From the NCBI GenBank assembly GCA_963813025.1, contig CAWEXO010000014.1, positions 288,001 to 352,000 on the forward strand: a stretch of DNA of 64,000 nt, given 5' to 3'. This document shows positions 43,330 through 52,806 of the stretch, in pieces. Both the position numbers and the translations under genes were made by a program. The notes beneath the pieces are model-generated. The model was not told where the DNA came from. It searched no databases and saw only the letters and a program-made list of their open reading frames with translations. Source of the stretch: an uncultured Verrucomicrobiae bacterium. GTDB taxonomy: Bacteria > Verrucomicrobiota > Verrucomicrobiia > Chthoniobacterales > JAFAMB01. Position 1 is the first letter of the stretch. Each line of letters begins with the position of its first letter.

Positions 43330-43510
43330 AGTGGGTCGGCAGTTAAGACCGGTGTGGCATTGGAGCTTTATGCCCGATAGCTAGTTTGGTTCCGAGCGTT
43401 TTGGTTGTTGCATTAGCGAAGCTCCAGATCGGGTTGTTTGCCGATCTGGAGCTATCCTGTTTAGGAGATTTCTCTCTATCTACCAACTCGGGCCGATGCG
43501 CTGCAGTGTG
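43330..43510 (+). ncRNA. candidate IS110 bridge RNA
   Basis: Structured left end (13-bp stem 43420-43453); TTAGGAG at 43461-43467 is identical to the element right end 44931-44937; boundaries approximate. Confidence 0.55.
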
Positions 43511-43542
43511 AAAGCAAGAACAACATCTAACCGAAGAGAGGT

Positions 43543-44934
43543 ATGGCAAAGAAAACCACGACCAAGCGAAAGAACAAATCAAAAACTCACCGGAGTGTTC
43601 TGGAACGGATCAATCTCAAGGCCGCAGGAATCGATATCGGGGCGAATTTTCACCTGGTGGCCATTCCCGAAGACCGCGGCTCAGAAACGGTGCGCAAGTT
43701 TGGCCCTTTTACGAGCGATCTGCAGCGGATGGCTGACTGGCTGAGCGAACACCACATTGAGACCGTAGTGATGGAATCAACGGGGGTTTATTGGATACCG
43801 GTGTTCCAGATTCTGGAGCAGAGAGGGTTGGAGGTAAAATTGGTCAACGCAGCTCATGTCAAGAATCTGCCTGGACGCAAAAGCGACGTCTCGGACTGCC
43901 AATGGCTTCAACAACTCCACACCTTTGGTCTTTTAAACGGCTCGTTCCGACCCAAGGACGAGGTCTGCGTCTTGCGCAGCTTCCTGCGCCTGCGCGACAC
44001 CTTGGTTAAGGACTGCAGCAGCCATGTGTTACGCATGCAGAAGGCCTTAACCGAAATGAATATCCAAGTGCACCGCGTGTTGAGCGACATCACCGGTTAT
44101 AGTGGCATGGCGATGATTCGGGCGATTTTGGCCGGAGAACGCAATCCGCTCAAGCTTGCCCAGATGAAACACCCCCAAGTGAAAGCATCCACTGATCAGA
44201 TCGTCAAAGCCTTACAGGGAGATTACCGAGCCGAGCATCTCTTCGCCTTGCAAACGGCCCTGGAACTCTATGACACCTACCAGCTCAAGATCACCGCCTG
44301 CGAAAGCAAGATTGAGCAACAACTTGAGCAATTCGACACTAAACTAGATTTGGAGCAAGCCCTCGAGCAAAGCGGGGCGGCCCAAGCACGGTCGGCCCAA
44401 GTTCGCCTAGCCCTGCAGCGCCGAGCGCATCTGGCCAGCGTTTGTGGTGTCGATCTGAGTCAGTTGCCTGGCTTGAGCACCTTGGCGGTGGAAGTCATCA
44501 TTTCGGAAACGGGTTTAGACATGACCTGTTGGAAAAGCGAAAAACACTTTTGCTCCTGGCTTAAACTCTGTCCGAACAATCGCATCAGCGGCGGCAAACT
44601 GCTCAGTTCCAGCCCCAGAAAAACCAAGAATCGCGCGGCGGCCATGTTCCGGCTGGCGGCCCAAGGAGCCATGCAAAGTAAGACGGCCATCGGCGCTTTT
44701 ATCCGCCGCATCAAAGCCCGATTGGGGGCACCCACCGCCATCAACGCCGGAGCTCATAAACTGGCACGCTTGTTCTATCGCATGCTCAAGTTCGGAGCTG
44801 CCTATGTCGAGCAAGGGCAACTCTACTACGAGAAAAAATACAAAGACCGCCTACTTCACAATCTCAGCCGACGAGCCAAAGAATTCGGACTCCAACTCAC
44901 GCCTCTAGACCCAGCCACGGATTTAGTTTCTTAG
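43543..44934 (+). CDS. IS110 family transposase/recombinase (DEDD)
   Basis: AAGIDIG, VMESTGVYW, GRKSDVSDCQW, C-terminal LCPNNRISGGK with the catalytic Ser, AHKLARLFY. Confidence 0.95.
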   Translation: MAKKTTTKRKNKSKTHRSVLERINLKAAGIDIGANFHLVAIPEDRGSETVRKFGPFTSDLQRMADWLSEHHIETVVMESTGVYWIPVFQILEQRGLEVKLVNAAHVKNLPGRKSDVSDCQWLQQLHTFGLLNGSFRPKDEVCVLRSFLRLRDTLVKDCSSHVLRMQKALTEMNIQVHRVLSDITGYSGMAMIRAILAGERNPLKLAQMKHPQVKASTDQIVKALQGDYRAEHLFALQTALELYDTYQLKITACESKIEQQLEQFDTKLDLEQALEQSGAAQARSAQVRLALQRRAHLASVCGVDLSQLPGLSTLAVEVIISETGLDMTCWKSEKHFCSWLKLCPNNRISGGKLLSSSPRKTKNRAAAMFRLAAQGAMQSKTAIGAFIRRIKARLGAPTAINAGAHKLARLFYRMLKFGAAYVEQGQLYYEKKYKDRLLHNLSRRAKEFGLQLTPLDPATDLVS

Positions 44935-45038
44935 GAGCCAGGGGCTTCGGCCTTGATATCCGTTCCGGGTGCGTAAGTGGTGTCGTAGAAGGAGCTCAGA
45001 GCGGTATGTTCCTGGTTCTGACCACGCAGGAGCAAGCG

Positions 45039-46657
45039 ATGAACACCTTCTACGAACACCATAAAAGTAGCATCAAATTTGCCTACCGTTGTTTTGATCG
45101 AATTCTCTTAAACGGATTGATACAGCCTTTCCAACAACCCGAGCGAGTGATCGGTTTCTTTAATGCGTATCGCAACGCAGAGCGTGTTACTCGCAACCGT
45201 CTGCGCGATATCGCCCAGCAATTTCAAAACTGGCTCAAGAACCGTTGCGAGCAATGGGGCGTCCCTGTGCTGGATGTACCGGAGGGGAGGCGCGATGACT
45301 TTGTCGATTCCTACTTTAAGCAGGCCAAGAGCGATGAGGTGGTGGTGATGCTCAAAGCCAGGGAACCGGCCCGAATTATGATTGCGATCGGTTCAGAAGA
45401 CCGCTGGCACCTGCAGTTGGCGCAGCGCTGGATCGTGCAGTACAACTTTTACATTAACGACCAACGCTGGGGTCGGATGTTCGTGCGAATCAGTCCCTAT
45501 CTGCCCTTTTCAGCGCGTGTCTGCCTCAACCAGCACCACTGGCTGGCTAAGCGCATGCTGACCGAAGGGATCGATTTTAAGCAATGTTCCAATGCATTCC
45601 TGAAATACAGTTATCCGCAGAAGCTCCAGGAGCTGGCAGATTCCTTGACTGCCCACGATCTATTAAGTTGTGGGCAAAAATGGCTAGCCTGTCTGACTCC
45701 ATTCTTCAAAGAGAGCGAGCGCAAAGAAGCGGGCTGTCAGCACCGGCTCTTCTTCTCCCAAGTAGAATATTGTGACAACCTGATCTTTCACCGGCGAGCC
45801 GTACTGGATCAACTCGGCCAGAGACTGCTCGACGCCAATCGCACCATCGGGCAGCCCAACAAGATCGCCATGATCTTCGGTCGCAAGGTCACAAAGCAGT
45901 ACAAGGGAAAGCTTCAGACCGTTATCGAAGATCTGCAGCTACCTAACCCAGTGATCCGCAGTCATTATGGAAAGGGTTTCCTCAAGCAGTATGTCCGCGA
46001 TCACTTGTGCTTGCGCACCGAGCTAGCTACCAATGACGTCACCGACTATCGGATCAAGAAGGCCGTGGAAAACCTGCCCCAACTGCGAGATAAGCTGGCG
46101 ACCATCTGCGACAATTATCTCACGGTCCAGCAGGACATCCTGGAGACCTTCGTCGATCGAGGTCAATTGCGTAAGTTGACAGAGCCCACAGTGCTTCCCA
46201 GTGGCAAACGGATTCCGGGCTTGAAACTCGACCATCCACGACAACTGGCTCTGATGCACGCCCTGGTACGCTTCGCCCACATCGCCGCTGGAAGCACCTT
46301 TACGACCGCTGAGCTTTATCCGTTACGTTTTGGCCGCTCTGCAAATATCCTGCCGACCAGTACAGTCTGGCTTCGCTTCGGTACGATCTTTCCAAATTGA
46401 GAGCCAAAGCACTGGTCGAGAAACTCCCGAAATCACGCCGCTACCGCCTCTGGCCACAGAGGCTATTCCATTTGTCTGGTGTTTCTCAAACTCTTCGAAC
46501 GCATTTATTCACCGCTCGACTGCCGGCTTACTTCAGCCCTACCGGCCGGACTCCAAACTCCAACAGCACAAGCGAACCCAGCTCGATCGTCTTTATCAAA
46601 AGATCATAGACGATCTCGACAACCTTCTTGGTGCCCCTGGGCCTTAAGGCTGCCTGA
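45039..46657 (+). CDS. putative transposase-like protein (Rep_trans-like motifs + C-terminal winged HTH); 3' part frameshifted
   Basis: AGGAG RBS; FDRILLNG, QVEYCDNLIF, KQYVRD..LRTE..TND; shifted frames continue RYDLSKLRAKALVEK..SRRYRL and end GLKAA* at 46657. Confidence 0.7.
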
Positions 46658-46703
46658 AACAACGAGAACAAAATTTGCGTCATGCTTCGCATAACGGGCC
46701 AAA

Positions 46704-46929
46704 GGCGCACGCCTTTGCTGCGTCATTCGAAATCGATGAGTCGCGCGACGTGCCGGACGTGCTCTCCGAAATACCGACGGGGCCGTCGGCGCTACGCAAT
46801 GTGCACGCCTTTGCTGCGACATCGAGATCGAGGAATCGTGCGACGTACCAGTCGTAGTTAGCGAAGTACGGACGAGGCCGTCCGCCTTCGTGCCCTCGTG
46901 GCACTGCGGCGCGATAAGTTCCGCGCTAC
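46704..46929 (-). repeat. continuation of the REP array (family B 46772-46795; family A with nested insert 46866-46929)
   Basis: Duplicated spacer GCACGCCTTTGCTGCG and reverse-oriented REPs. Confidence 0.85.
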
Positions 46930-46936
46930 GTATGCG

Positions 46937-48754
46937 TTACGCAGTTATCGCCTCTGCGCTCGGTTTAGGCTCGACCCAGCGACCGTGTTCTTTGATCAGG
47001 TCCACCAGGCGATCGACCGCTTCGGTTTCCGGGATATTGAATTTCACAGCCTTCTTCCCGACGTAGAGATTCACCTTTCCCGGGGCGCCCCCGACGTAGC
47101 CAAAATCCGCGTCTGCCATTTCGCCCGGGCCATTCACGATGCATCCCATGATGGCAATCCTTACCCCTTTGAGATGGTCGGTAGCCGCCTTAATGCGCCC
47201 AGTGGTAGTCTGCAGGTTGAAGAGGGTTCTTCCACAGGACGGGCAAGCGACGTAGTCGGTTTTGAAGATCCGGGTGCCCGCCGCTTGCAAGATGTTGTAG
47301 GCGAGCCGAAGCGATTGACCGGGCGCTTCTTCGCCTTGGATCAGAACAGCATCGCCGATACCGTCGCAGAGCAGCGCACCGATGTTGGTAGCCGACTCCA
47401 GCAGAGTCTTGAGCAAATCGCGGGAAGGGTCGGTCGAAGGCGCCAGGGTATCCTTCAAGAGGATTGGATGCCGCGACGCCAGCCGCTTGTTCAGCAATCG
47501 ATAGGCGGCAATCACGGGCAGATCCAGGCCATCAGCAACCGTTACAAGCACCGGCTCAGCTGAGTTGTTTAACCGACCAATATTCTCAGTGTCCCTCGGG
47601 TCAATCGCGACGATCGGCGACATCTCGACGACGAACTCGGGTTGAAAATCGCCGAGCCGCCCGAGTTTGTGGGCAAGCTGTTGGAAAGTCTTTTCCCGTA
47701 CCGCGACACGCACTAATTCTTCGCCACCGACGGAAATCGGGCCAAGGAAAACGGGTTCTGATCTTCGCCGTTCGTAGCTGAAAGGATCAAAGCCCGTAGC
47801 GTCTACAGAGGGGTCAGAAAACGGCTCCGAAAACCCTCGTCCGAACCGGGCGACCAGCGCTTTGGCTACCGGAATCTCGTGGATGCTATCCTCAGTTAAA
47901 GACACCCGTACGGTATCGCCGATTCCATCGGACAATAGTGAGCCTATCCCGATCGCGCTCTTGATTCGGCCGTCCTCGCCGTCGCCGGCTTCAGTCACGC
48001 CGAGATGGACCGGATAATTCCAGTCCGGACCCGCTTCCTCAAATCGCGCGACCAGCAGGCGATAAGCGGCAATCATCACTTTCGGATTGCTGGCTTTCAT
48101 CGAAAAAATCAGGTCGTTGAATCCAAGCTCGCGCGCGATCCGGGCGAACTCGAGCGCGCTCTCGACCATACCGAGAGGCGTGTCGCCGTAGCGGTTCATG
48201 ATGCGGTCGCTGAGCGAACCGTGATTGGTGCCGATCCGCAGACTGATCCTGCGGTCCTGGCAGGCCTTCACCAGAGGTGTAAATTTTTCCCGGATCCGGT
48301 CGAGCTCGGCCTGGTATTGGTCGTCGGTGTATTCTTTAACGGCGAACTTCTTCGAGTCGGCATAATTGCCAGGATTGATGCGCACTTTCTCGACCCATTT
48401 GGCGGCCTCCATCGCCGCTTCCGGTTTAAAATGGATATCGGCGACGATCGGCACATCGCAGCCTTGTTCCCGGAGGCCCTTTTTGATCCAGCGCAGATTC
48501 TGGGCGTCCTTGACCGTCGGCGCAGTGATCCGGACAATCTCACATCCGACGGCGGCAAGCTCTCGGGTCTGCGCGATGCAGGCCGCCGTGTCCATCGTGT
48601 CGCAGGTGATCATCGATTGGACCCGGATGGGATTGCGACCACCAACGCCGACCTGTCCGACCATCACTTCCCGGGTGAGCCGGCGGCCGTTGACAGCGGA
48701 TTGAGCGGGTCGCGAGGATGCGACGGCCCGAGCGGAGTCCAGCGATGAGCTCAT
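46937..48754 (-). CDS. ispG: (E)-4-hydroxy-3-methylbut-2-enyl-diphosphate synthase (long form)
   Basis: IRVQSM, VADIHF, RINPGN, NHGSLS, HLGVTEAG, CPSCGRT, MGCIVNGPGE. Confidence 0.96.
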   Translation of the reverse strand: MSSSLDSARAVASSRPAQSAVNGRRLTREVMVGQVGVGGRNPIRVQSMITCDTMDTAACIAQTRELAAVGCEIVRITAPTVKDAQNLRWIKKGLREQGCDVPIVADIHFKPEAAMEAAKWVEKVRINPGNYADSKKFAVKEYTDDQYQAELDRIREKFTPLVKACQDRRISLRIGTNHGSLSDRIMNRYGDTPLGMVESALEFARIARELGFNDLIFSMKASNPKVMIAAYRLLVARFEEAGPDWNYPVHLGVTEAGDGEDGRIKSAIGIGSLLSDGIGDTVRVSLTEDSIHEIPVAKALVARFGRGFSEPFSDPSVDATGFDPFSYERRRSEPVFLGPISVGGEELVRVAVREKTFQQLAHKLGRLGDFQPEFVVEMSPIVAIDPRDTENIGRLNNSAEPVLVTVADGLDLPVIAAYRLLNKRLASRHPILLKDTLAPSTDPSRDLLKTLLESATNIGALLCDGIGDAVLIQGEEAPGQSLRLAYNILQAAGTRIFKTDYVACPSCGRTLFNLQTTTGRIKAATDHLKGVRIAIMGCIVNGPGEMADADFGYVGGAPGKVNLYVGKKAVKFNIPETEAVDRLVDLIKEHGRWVEPKPSAEAITA

Positions 48755-50403
48755 GGGTGCTGCGGCGAAGCCGCCGGAGCCGGTACGCTGAACCGCGGTT
48801 TCTGGTTGGCGTTCCAGGGCAAGTCCTGCACGTCGTAGAAGGAAATGTAGAGCATGAAGCCGATCAAGAGGACCGCACAGGCGCCTTGCAACACTTCAAG
48901 AACGCGAATGTTGATCGGGCGGCGCCGGACGGCTTCCAACACGGCCAGGACAATGTGCCCTCCGTCGAGAACCGGCACCGGGAGAAGGTTGATCAGGGCC
49001 AGGTTGACGTTGAACACCACGCTAAACCAAAGAGCCAGCTGCCAGCCAAACTCGCTCTGGAAGAGCAGGTAATAGGTGCGCATGATCATCACCGGCCCAC
49101 TCATATGCTGGAGTTTGATATCCGATTGAGGCGAGAGTAACGCGCCGATCGTATTCGTCAGAGTCTGCGTAGCCGCAGAAATCTGTTCGAACGGTGAAGT
49201 ATGCACGATCGACATCCGCCCCCCGGCATCCCAGGCGATCCCGTCAGCTGGTTCAGGAGCGAACTCGACGCCAATGATCGGCTGTGTCTGGCCATCCGGT
49301 GTTGCTGGCTGAACACGCACCGTCGAAAGCTGACCGCGTCGATTGAGAGTGAGCGAGAATGGCTTGCCGGGCTGCTCCTGCACAAAGCGAATGATTTCAA
49401 CACGATCGTAAATTGGCTCGGAATTGAGCGCGACTATCTGGTCTCCCGGCTGAATGCCGGCAACCTGGGCCGGGCTGTTGGTGATCACTGAGCTGACGCT
49501 TGGATGTTCCGGGGGCAGAGAGACGGTGAGCTCCTGGCCATTGCGCATGACCGTCAAATCAAGCAAAGCACCCGGATGCTTTTGCGCCCATTCCGCGATC
49601 TGATGCGGGTGGTACAGCTTCTCGCCGTTGACGGCTAGAACTTCGTCGTTTGGTTGCAGGCCGGCTCTCGCCGCGGCCGAATCCGGAGCAACTTTGCCGA
49701 CGATCGGAGTGATCGCCGGCTGAATACCAATTTGGCGGAGCGATTTACGTTCCCAGCCATGCGTTTCTGGCCGGACGAATCCCGACGAAAGGGTCAGCAC
49801 CTGATTCCCGCGTTGCACCTTGATGGGGATGGTGTCGCCCTCGCTCCGGACAATGTACCAGGTAACACTATTAACCAAGCCAGAAAATCGGCTCACCGGG
49901 CGACCATCGACCGAGAGGATCCGGTCCCCAGGCTGAAGCCGGCCTTTGCGGCGGGACTGTCCGGCACGACATAACCAATGGTTGTCGTGGTCTTCCGCTT
50001 CCGACGTGGGTCGGCCCACCGCCCACACAATCGTCGCGAAAACCAACGCAAGCAGGAAACTGAATAACGGTCCGGCAAATGCCACGATAATCTTGTCGAA
50101 GGGCGAGACGCGCGGAAGTTCGGCCCGTTCCGTGGCGGCTTTTCCTTCGATCGCCTCCATCGGAGCCATTTGCGGCAAAAGCACAAAACCTCCAGCGGGA
50201 ATCCACCCGAGGCTGAACTCCACTCCGCCCGCCGTTCGCTTCCAGATCGGTCGTCCAAACCAGATCCCGAATTTATCAACCTTTAGACCGCGCCACCGGG
50301 CAGCGAGAAAATGCCCAAGTTCGTGGACGATAATGAGAAGATTAAAGATAAGGAGAACCTCGAGAATCACGAGGCCCACACGGAAAAGTTTGAGCACCAT
50401 CAT
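48751..50403 (-). CDS. rseP: RIP metalloprotease RseP with three PDZ domains
   Basis: HELGH, AGP, PDZ repeats, NLLPVPVLDGGH; short compensated frameshift near 49940-49995. Confidence 0.93.
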   Translation of the reverse strand: MMVLKLFRVGLVILEVLLIFNLLIIVHELGHFLAARWRGLKVDKFGIWFGRPIWKRTAGGVEFSLGWIPAGGFVLLPQMAPMEAIEGKAATERAELPRVSPFDKIIVAFAGPLFSFLLALVFATIVWAVGRPTSEAEDHDNHWLCRAGQSRRKGRLQPGDRILSVDGRPVSRFSGLVNSVTWYIVRSEGDTIPIKVQRGNQVLTLSSGFVRPETHGWERKSLRQIGIQPAITPIVGKVAPDSAAARAGLQPNDEVLAVNGEKLYHPHQIAEWAQKHPGALLDLTVMRNGQELTVSLPPEHPSVSSVITNSPAQVAGIQPGDQIVALNSEPIYDRVEIIRFVQEQPGKPFSLTLNRRGQLSTVRVQPATPDGQTQPIIGVEFAPEPADGIAWDAGGRMSIVHTSPFEQISAATQTLTNTIGALLSPQSDIKLQHMSGPVMIMRTYYLLFQSEFGWQLALWFSVVFNVNLALINLLPVPVLDGGHIVLAVLEAVRRRPINIRVLEVLQGACAVLLIGFMLYISFYDVQDLPWNANQKPRFSVPAPAASPQHP

Positions 50404-50409
50404 AAAAAA

Positions 50410-51567
50410 TTAAACGGCTGTTAGAGCCTCGAGAGCATCCATTCTGGCTTTGGCATCCGCCCGGATTATATCATCCAACGAGGGGCTGGCAAAGTTTTCG
50501 GCCTTGCTCATGCACCGATCGACAGTGGCCCAGATTTGCGGGAAACGGATGCGCCCCTCCAGAAACGCTTCGACGGCGATCTCGTTGGAGGCATTCAATA
50601 CTGCCGGCATGATCCCTCCTTCTTCTCCAGCGCGCCGAGCCAGATCGAGGGCTGGAAAATCCTTCGTTCGCGGCTCCTCGAAATCAAGCCGGCCCACCTC
50701 GGAAAGCTTGAGCGGTTGCAGGGTGTTGGCGACGCGGTGGGGCCAGGTCACGGCATACTGGATGGGGAAACACATGTCGGAGTGACTGAGTTGCGCGAGC
50801 ATTGATCCATCGGTGAACTCGACCAGGGAATGAACGATACTCTGCGGATGAACGACCACTTTGACCTGCGCAATTGACACATCGAAAAGCCAATGCGCTT
50901 CAATCATCTCAAGCCCCTTGTTGAACAGCGTAGCCGAGTCGATCGTGATCTTCGGCCCCATTTTCCAGGTCGGATGGCGCAGGGCTTCCGCGACGGTGAT
51001 CTGGGCAAGGCGATCCGGCGGCAGCGTTCGAAAGGGGCCGCCTGACGCGGTCAAAACCAGATTCTTTATCTGACTGGCCGCCCGTCCTTCGAGGCATTGG
51101 TAAATGGCGTTATGCTCGCTGTCTACCGGCAAGACCTTCACGCCACGCGCCCTCGCCTCTTTCATGACAATCTGGCCGGCCATGACCAGAATTTCCTTGC
51201 TGGCGATCGCCAGATCCTTGCCCGCGCCGATGGCGGCCAGCGTCGGCCTCAAACCCGCTGTCCCAATAATCGCGACCAGAACCATCTCGGACTCGGTGCG
51301 AGTCGCCAACTCGACCAACCCGCCAGCCCCGAGCAGGATATCCGGTTTGTAGTCGAGCTTCTCACGGAGTTCGGAAACTCCGGCCGGATCATCGAGGCAT
51401 ATCGCGGCTGGTCGAAGCCGATTGGCCGCCGCCGCGAGTTTCCCGGCATTGCGCGAGGCAGCCATACCGACGATCTGCAGGCATTCGGGTAGAGATTCGG
51501 CAACTTTGATGGCACTATCGCCAATCGAACCGGTTGCCCCCAGAAGTGTGACTCGTCTCCTGGTCAT
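50410..51567 (-). CDS. dxr: 1-deoxy-D-xylulose-5-phosphate reductoisomerase
   Basis: LGATGSIG, LPVDSEH, HPTWKMGPKITIDSAT, NKGLE. Confidence 0.97.
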   Translation of the reverse strand: MTRRRVTLLGATGSIGDSAIKVAESLPECLQIVGMAASRNAGKLAAAANRLRPAAICLDDPAGVSELREKLDYKPDILLGAGGLVELATRTESEMVLVAIIGTAGLRPTLAAIGAGKDLAIASKEILVMAGQIVMKEARARGVKVLPVDSEHNAIYQCLEGRAASQIKNLVLTASGGPFRTLPPDRLAQITVAEALRHPTWKMGPKITIDSATLFNKGLEMIEAHWLFDVSIAQVKVVVHPQSIVHSLVEFTDGSMLAQLSHSDMCFPIQYAVTWPHRVANTLQPLKLSEVGRLDFEEPRTKDFPALDLARRAGEEGGIMPAVLNASNEIAVEAFLEGRIRFPQIWATVDRCMSKAENFASPSLDDIIRADAKARMDALEALTAV

Positions 51568-52475
51568 CGAATCAGAAATCTCAAGTAAAAGAAGAGCAAT
51601 GGCCCGGTGAAGAGCAGGCTGTCGATCAGATCAAGCATTCCGCCGATCCCGGGCAATACTGATCCGGAGTCTTTTACTCCCGTGCTTCGCTTGATGATGG
51701 ACTCGCCCAGATCGCCGATCACCGCTGCTACACCAATGAGTATGCCGAGGATCGTGCCATGGAAGAGATTCAGCCTGGCCAGATGATCTGGCATCAGCCG
51801 GATCAGCGCGTCGCTTGCTAAAACGGCGAAAACCAGTGACCCGACAAAGCCCTCCCACGTCTTCGCGGGACTGATGTGCGGAATCATCTGGTGGCGCCCC
51901 AGCCGGCTGCCGACGAGATAGGCGCCCATGTCGGAAAACTTAGTCACAACTACCAGGTAAAGCACGTAAAACTGGCCGGTGGGCAAGCCTGCGGGAGAGC
52001 GCGGCACAGCGTACACGATCTTTGTCAGGAAATTGAAAAGCCACACAACGTAAAGAAGGCCGAAGAGCGTATAGGCCATCGTCTCGAGTGGGGCCTGTTT
52101 CGTGGTCGGCCGGAACATCTGCCGGGCGATCACTCCGAAGAGGAACACGAGCAAAACGCCCATCTCGAAATCGTAGGCGGAAACCGGTCCCTTAGAACGA
52201 AAGAAGAGAAAGCTGCCCACAAAGCAGGCGGCGCCGCAAATCATGCCGAAAGCTTTGAAGCAGCGCAGACCCGACTGCTCGATCATGCCGAAGTACTCCG
52301 CGAGACCGATCAGCCCCATCGAAGATATCAATAGAAGAAAGGCGATTTCGTTGTCCGAGAAAATGACAAACAGCGCGACAAGCCACAGCGTCACCGCACT
52401 GAATAAGCGTCTCACAAAGCGACCGATGTAGGCCGAATCGATGTCGTTGAGCATTTGAGACCAGGCAAGCGGCAC
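51564..52475 (-). CDS. cdsA: phosphatidate cytidylyltransferase
   Basis: SDMGAY..G, ISPAKTWEG, GDLGES..KR..GVKDSG..PG.GG.LD. Confidence 0.94.
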   Translation of the reverse strand: MPLAWSQMLNDIDSAYIGRFVRRLFSAVTLWLVALFVIFSDNEIAFLLLISSMGLIGLAEYFGMIEQSGLRCFKAFGMICGAACFVGSFLFFRSKGPVSAYDFEMGVLLVFLFGVIARQMFRPTTKQAPLETMAYTLFGLLYVVWLFNFLTKIVYAVPRSPAGLPTGQFYVLYLVVVTKFSDMGAYLVGSRLGRHQMIPHISPAKTWEGFVGSLVFAVLASDALIRLMPDHLARLNLFHGTILGILIGVAAVIGDLGESIIKRSTGVKDSGSVLPGIGGMLDLIDSLLFTGPLLFFYLRFLIR

Positions 52476-52806
52476 TAGTGCGCCGTCTCATATATAACGA
52501 TGATGTCGCCGTCGGTCAGTTGGCTGTTTTTCAAGGCGGTCCGAGCCGGACTGGCAGTAGAAGCGTCCATATCTGGATTCATACGGATCGAGGTCCGAGC
52601 CGGACTGGCGGAAGCAACGCCGAAAAACAGCCAACTGGCCGCGGCCCGAAGGGTTGCGTTGAAAATGGGCCGGCGGCGGCGTTGCTCCTCGGTCACGTAT
52701 CGCTTCAGATATGCTCCCTCCTACTTGCCAGTCCGGCTCGGACCGCCTTGCCGACGGCCCATTTTGAACGCAACGACATCATCGGTATATATGAGACGGT
52801 GCACTA
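52476..52806. mobile_element. MITE (331 bp), 33-bp TIRs
   Basis: TAGTGCGCCGTCTCATATATAACGATGATGTCG versus the reverse complement of the right end: 31/33; internal GGTCCGAGCCGGACTGGC direct and inverted repeats. Confidence 0.88.

Larger units (their letters stand above)
43254..44937 (+). mobile_element. IS110 family insertion sequence
   Basis: IS110 recombinase with a ~290-bp left non-coding end; AG core at both junctions (CCCC-AG-AACT / TTAGG-AG-CCAG); no TIRs. Confidence 0.8.
43242..46703 (+). mobile_element. composite insertion in the REP array: putative Rep_trans-like element with a nested IS110
   Basis: Removing it restores the array unit GGCGCTAC-N7-GCACGCCTT seen intact at 46788-46811 and in reverse at ~42667-42690; ends uncertain by a few nt. 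Confidence 0.65.

Noticed and set aside
42434..46929. Spaced ~25-bp palindromic repeats resembling a CRISPR array
   Set aside because: Spacing is irregular, orientations are mixed, spacers are related to each other, copies are dispersed, and there are no cas genes; GTAG heads and a RAYT remnant identify them as REPs.
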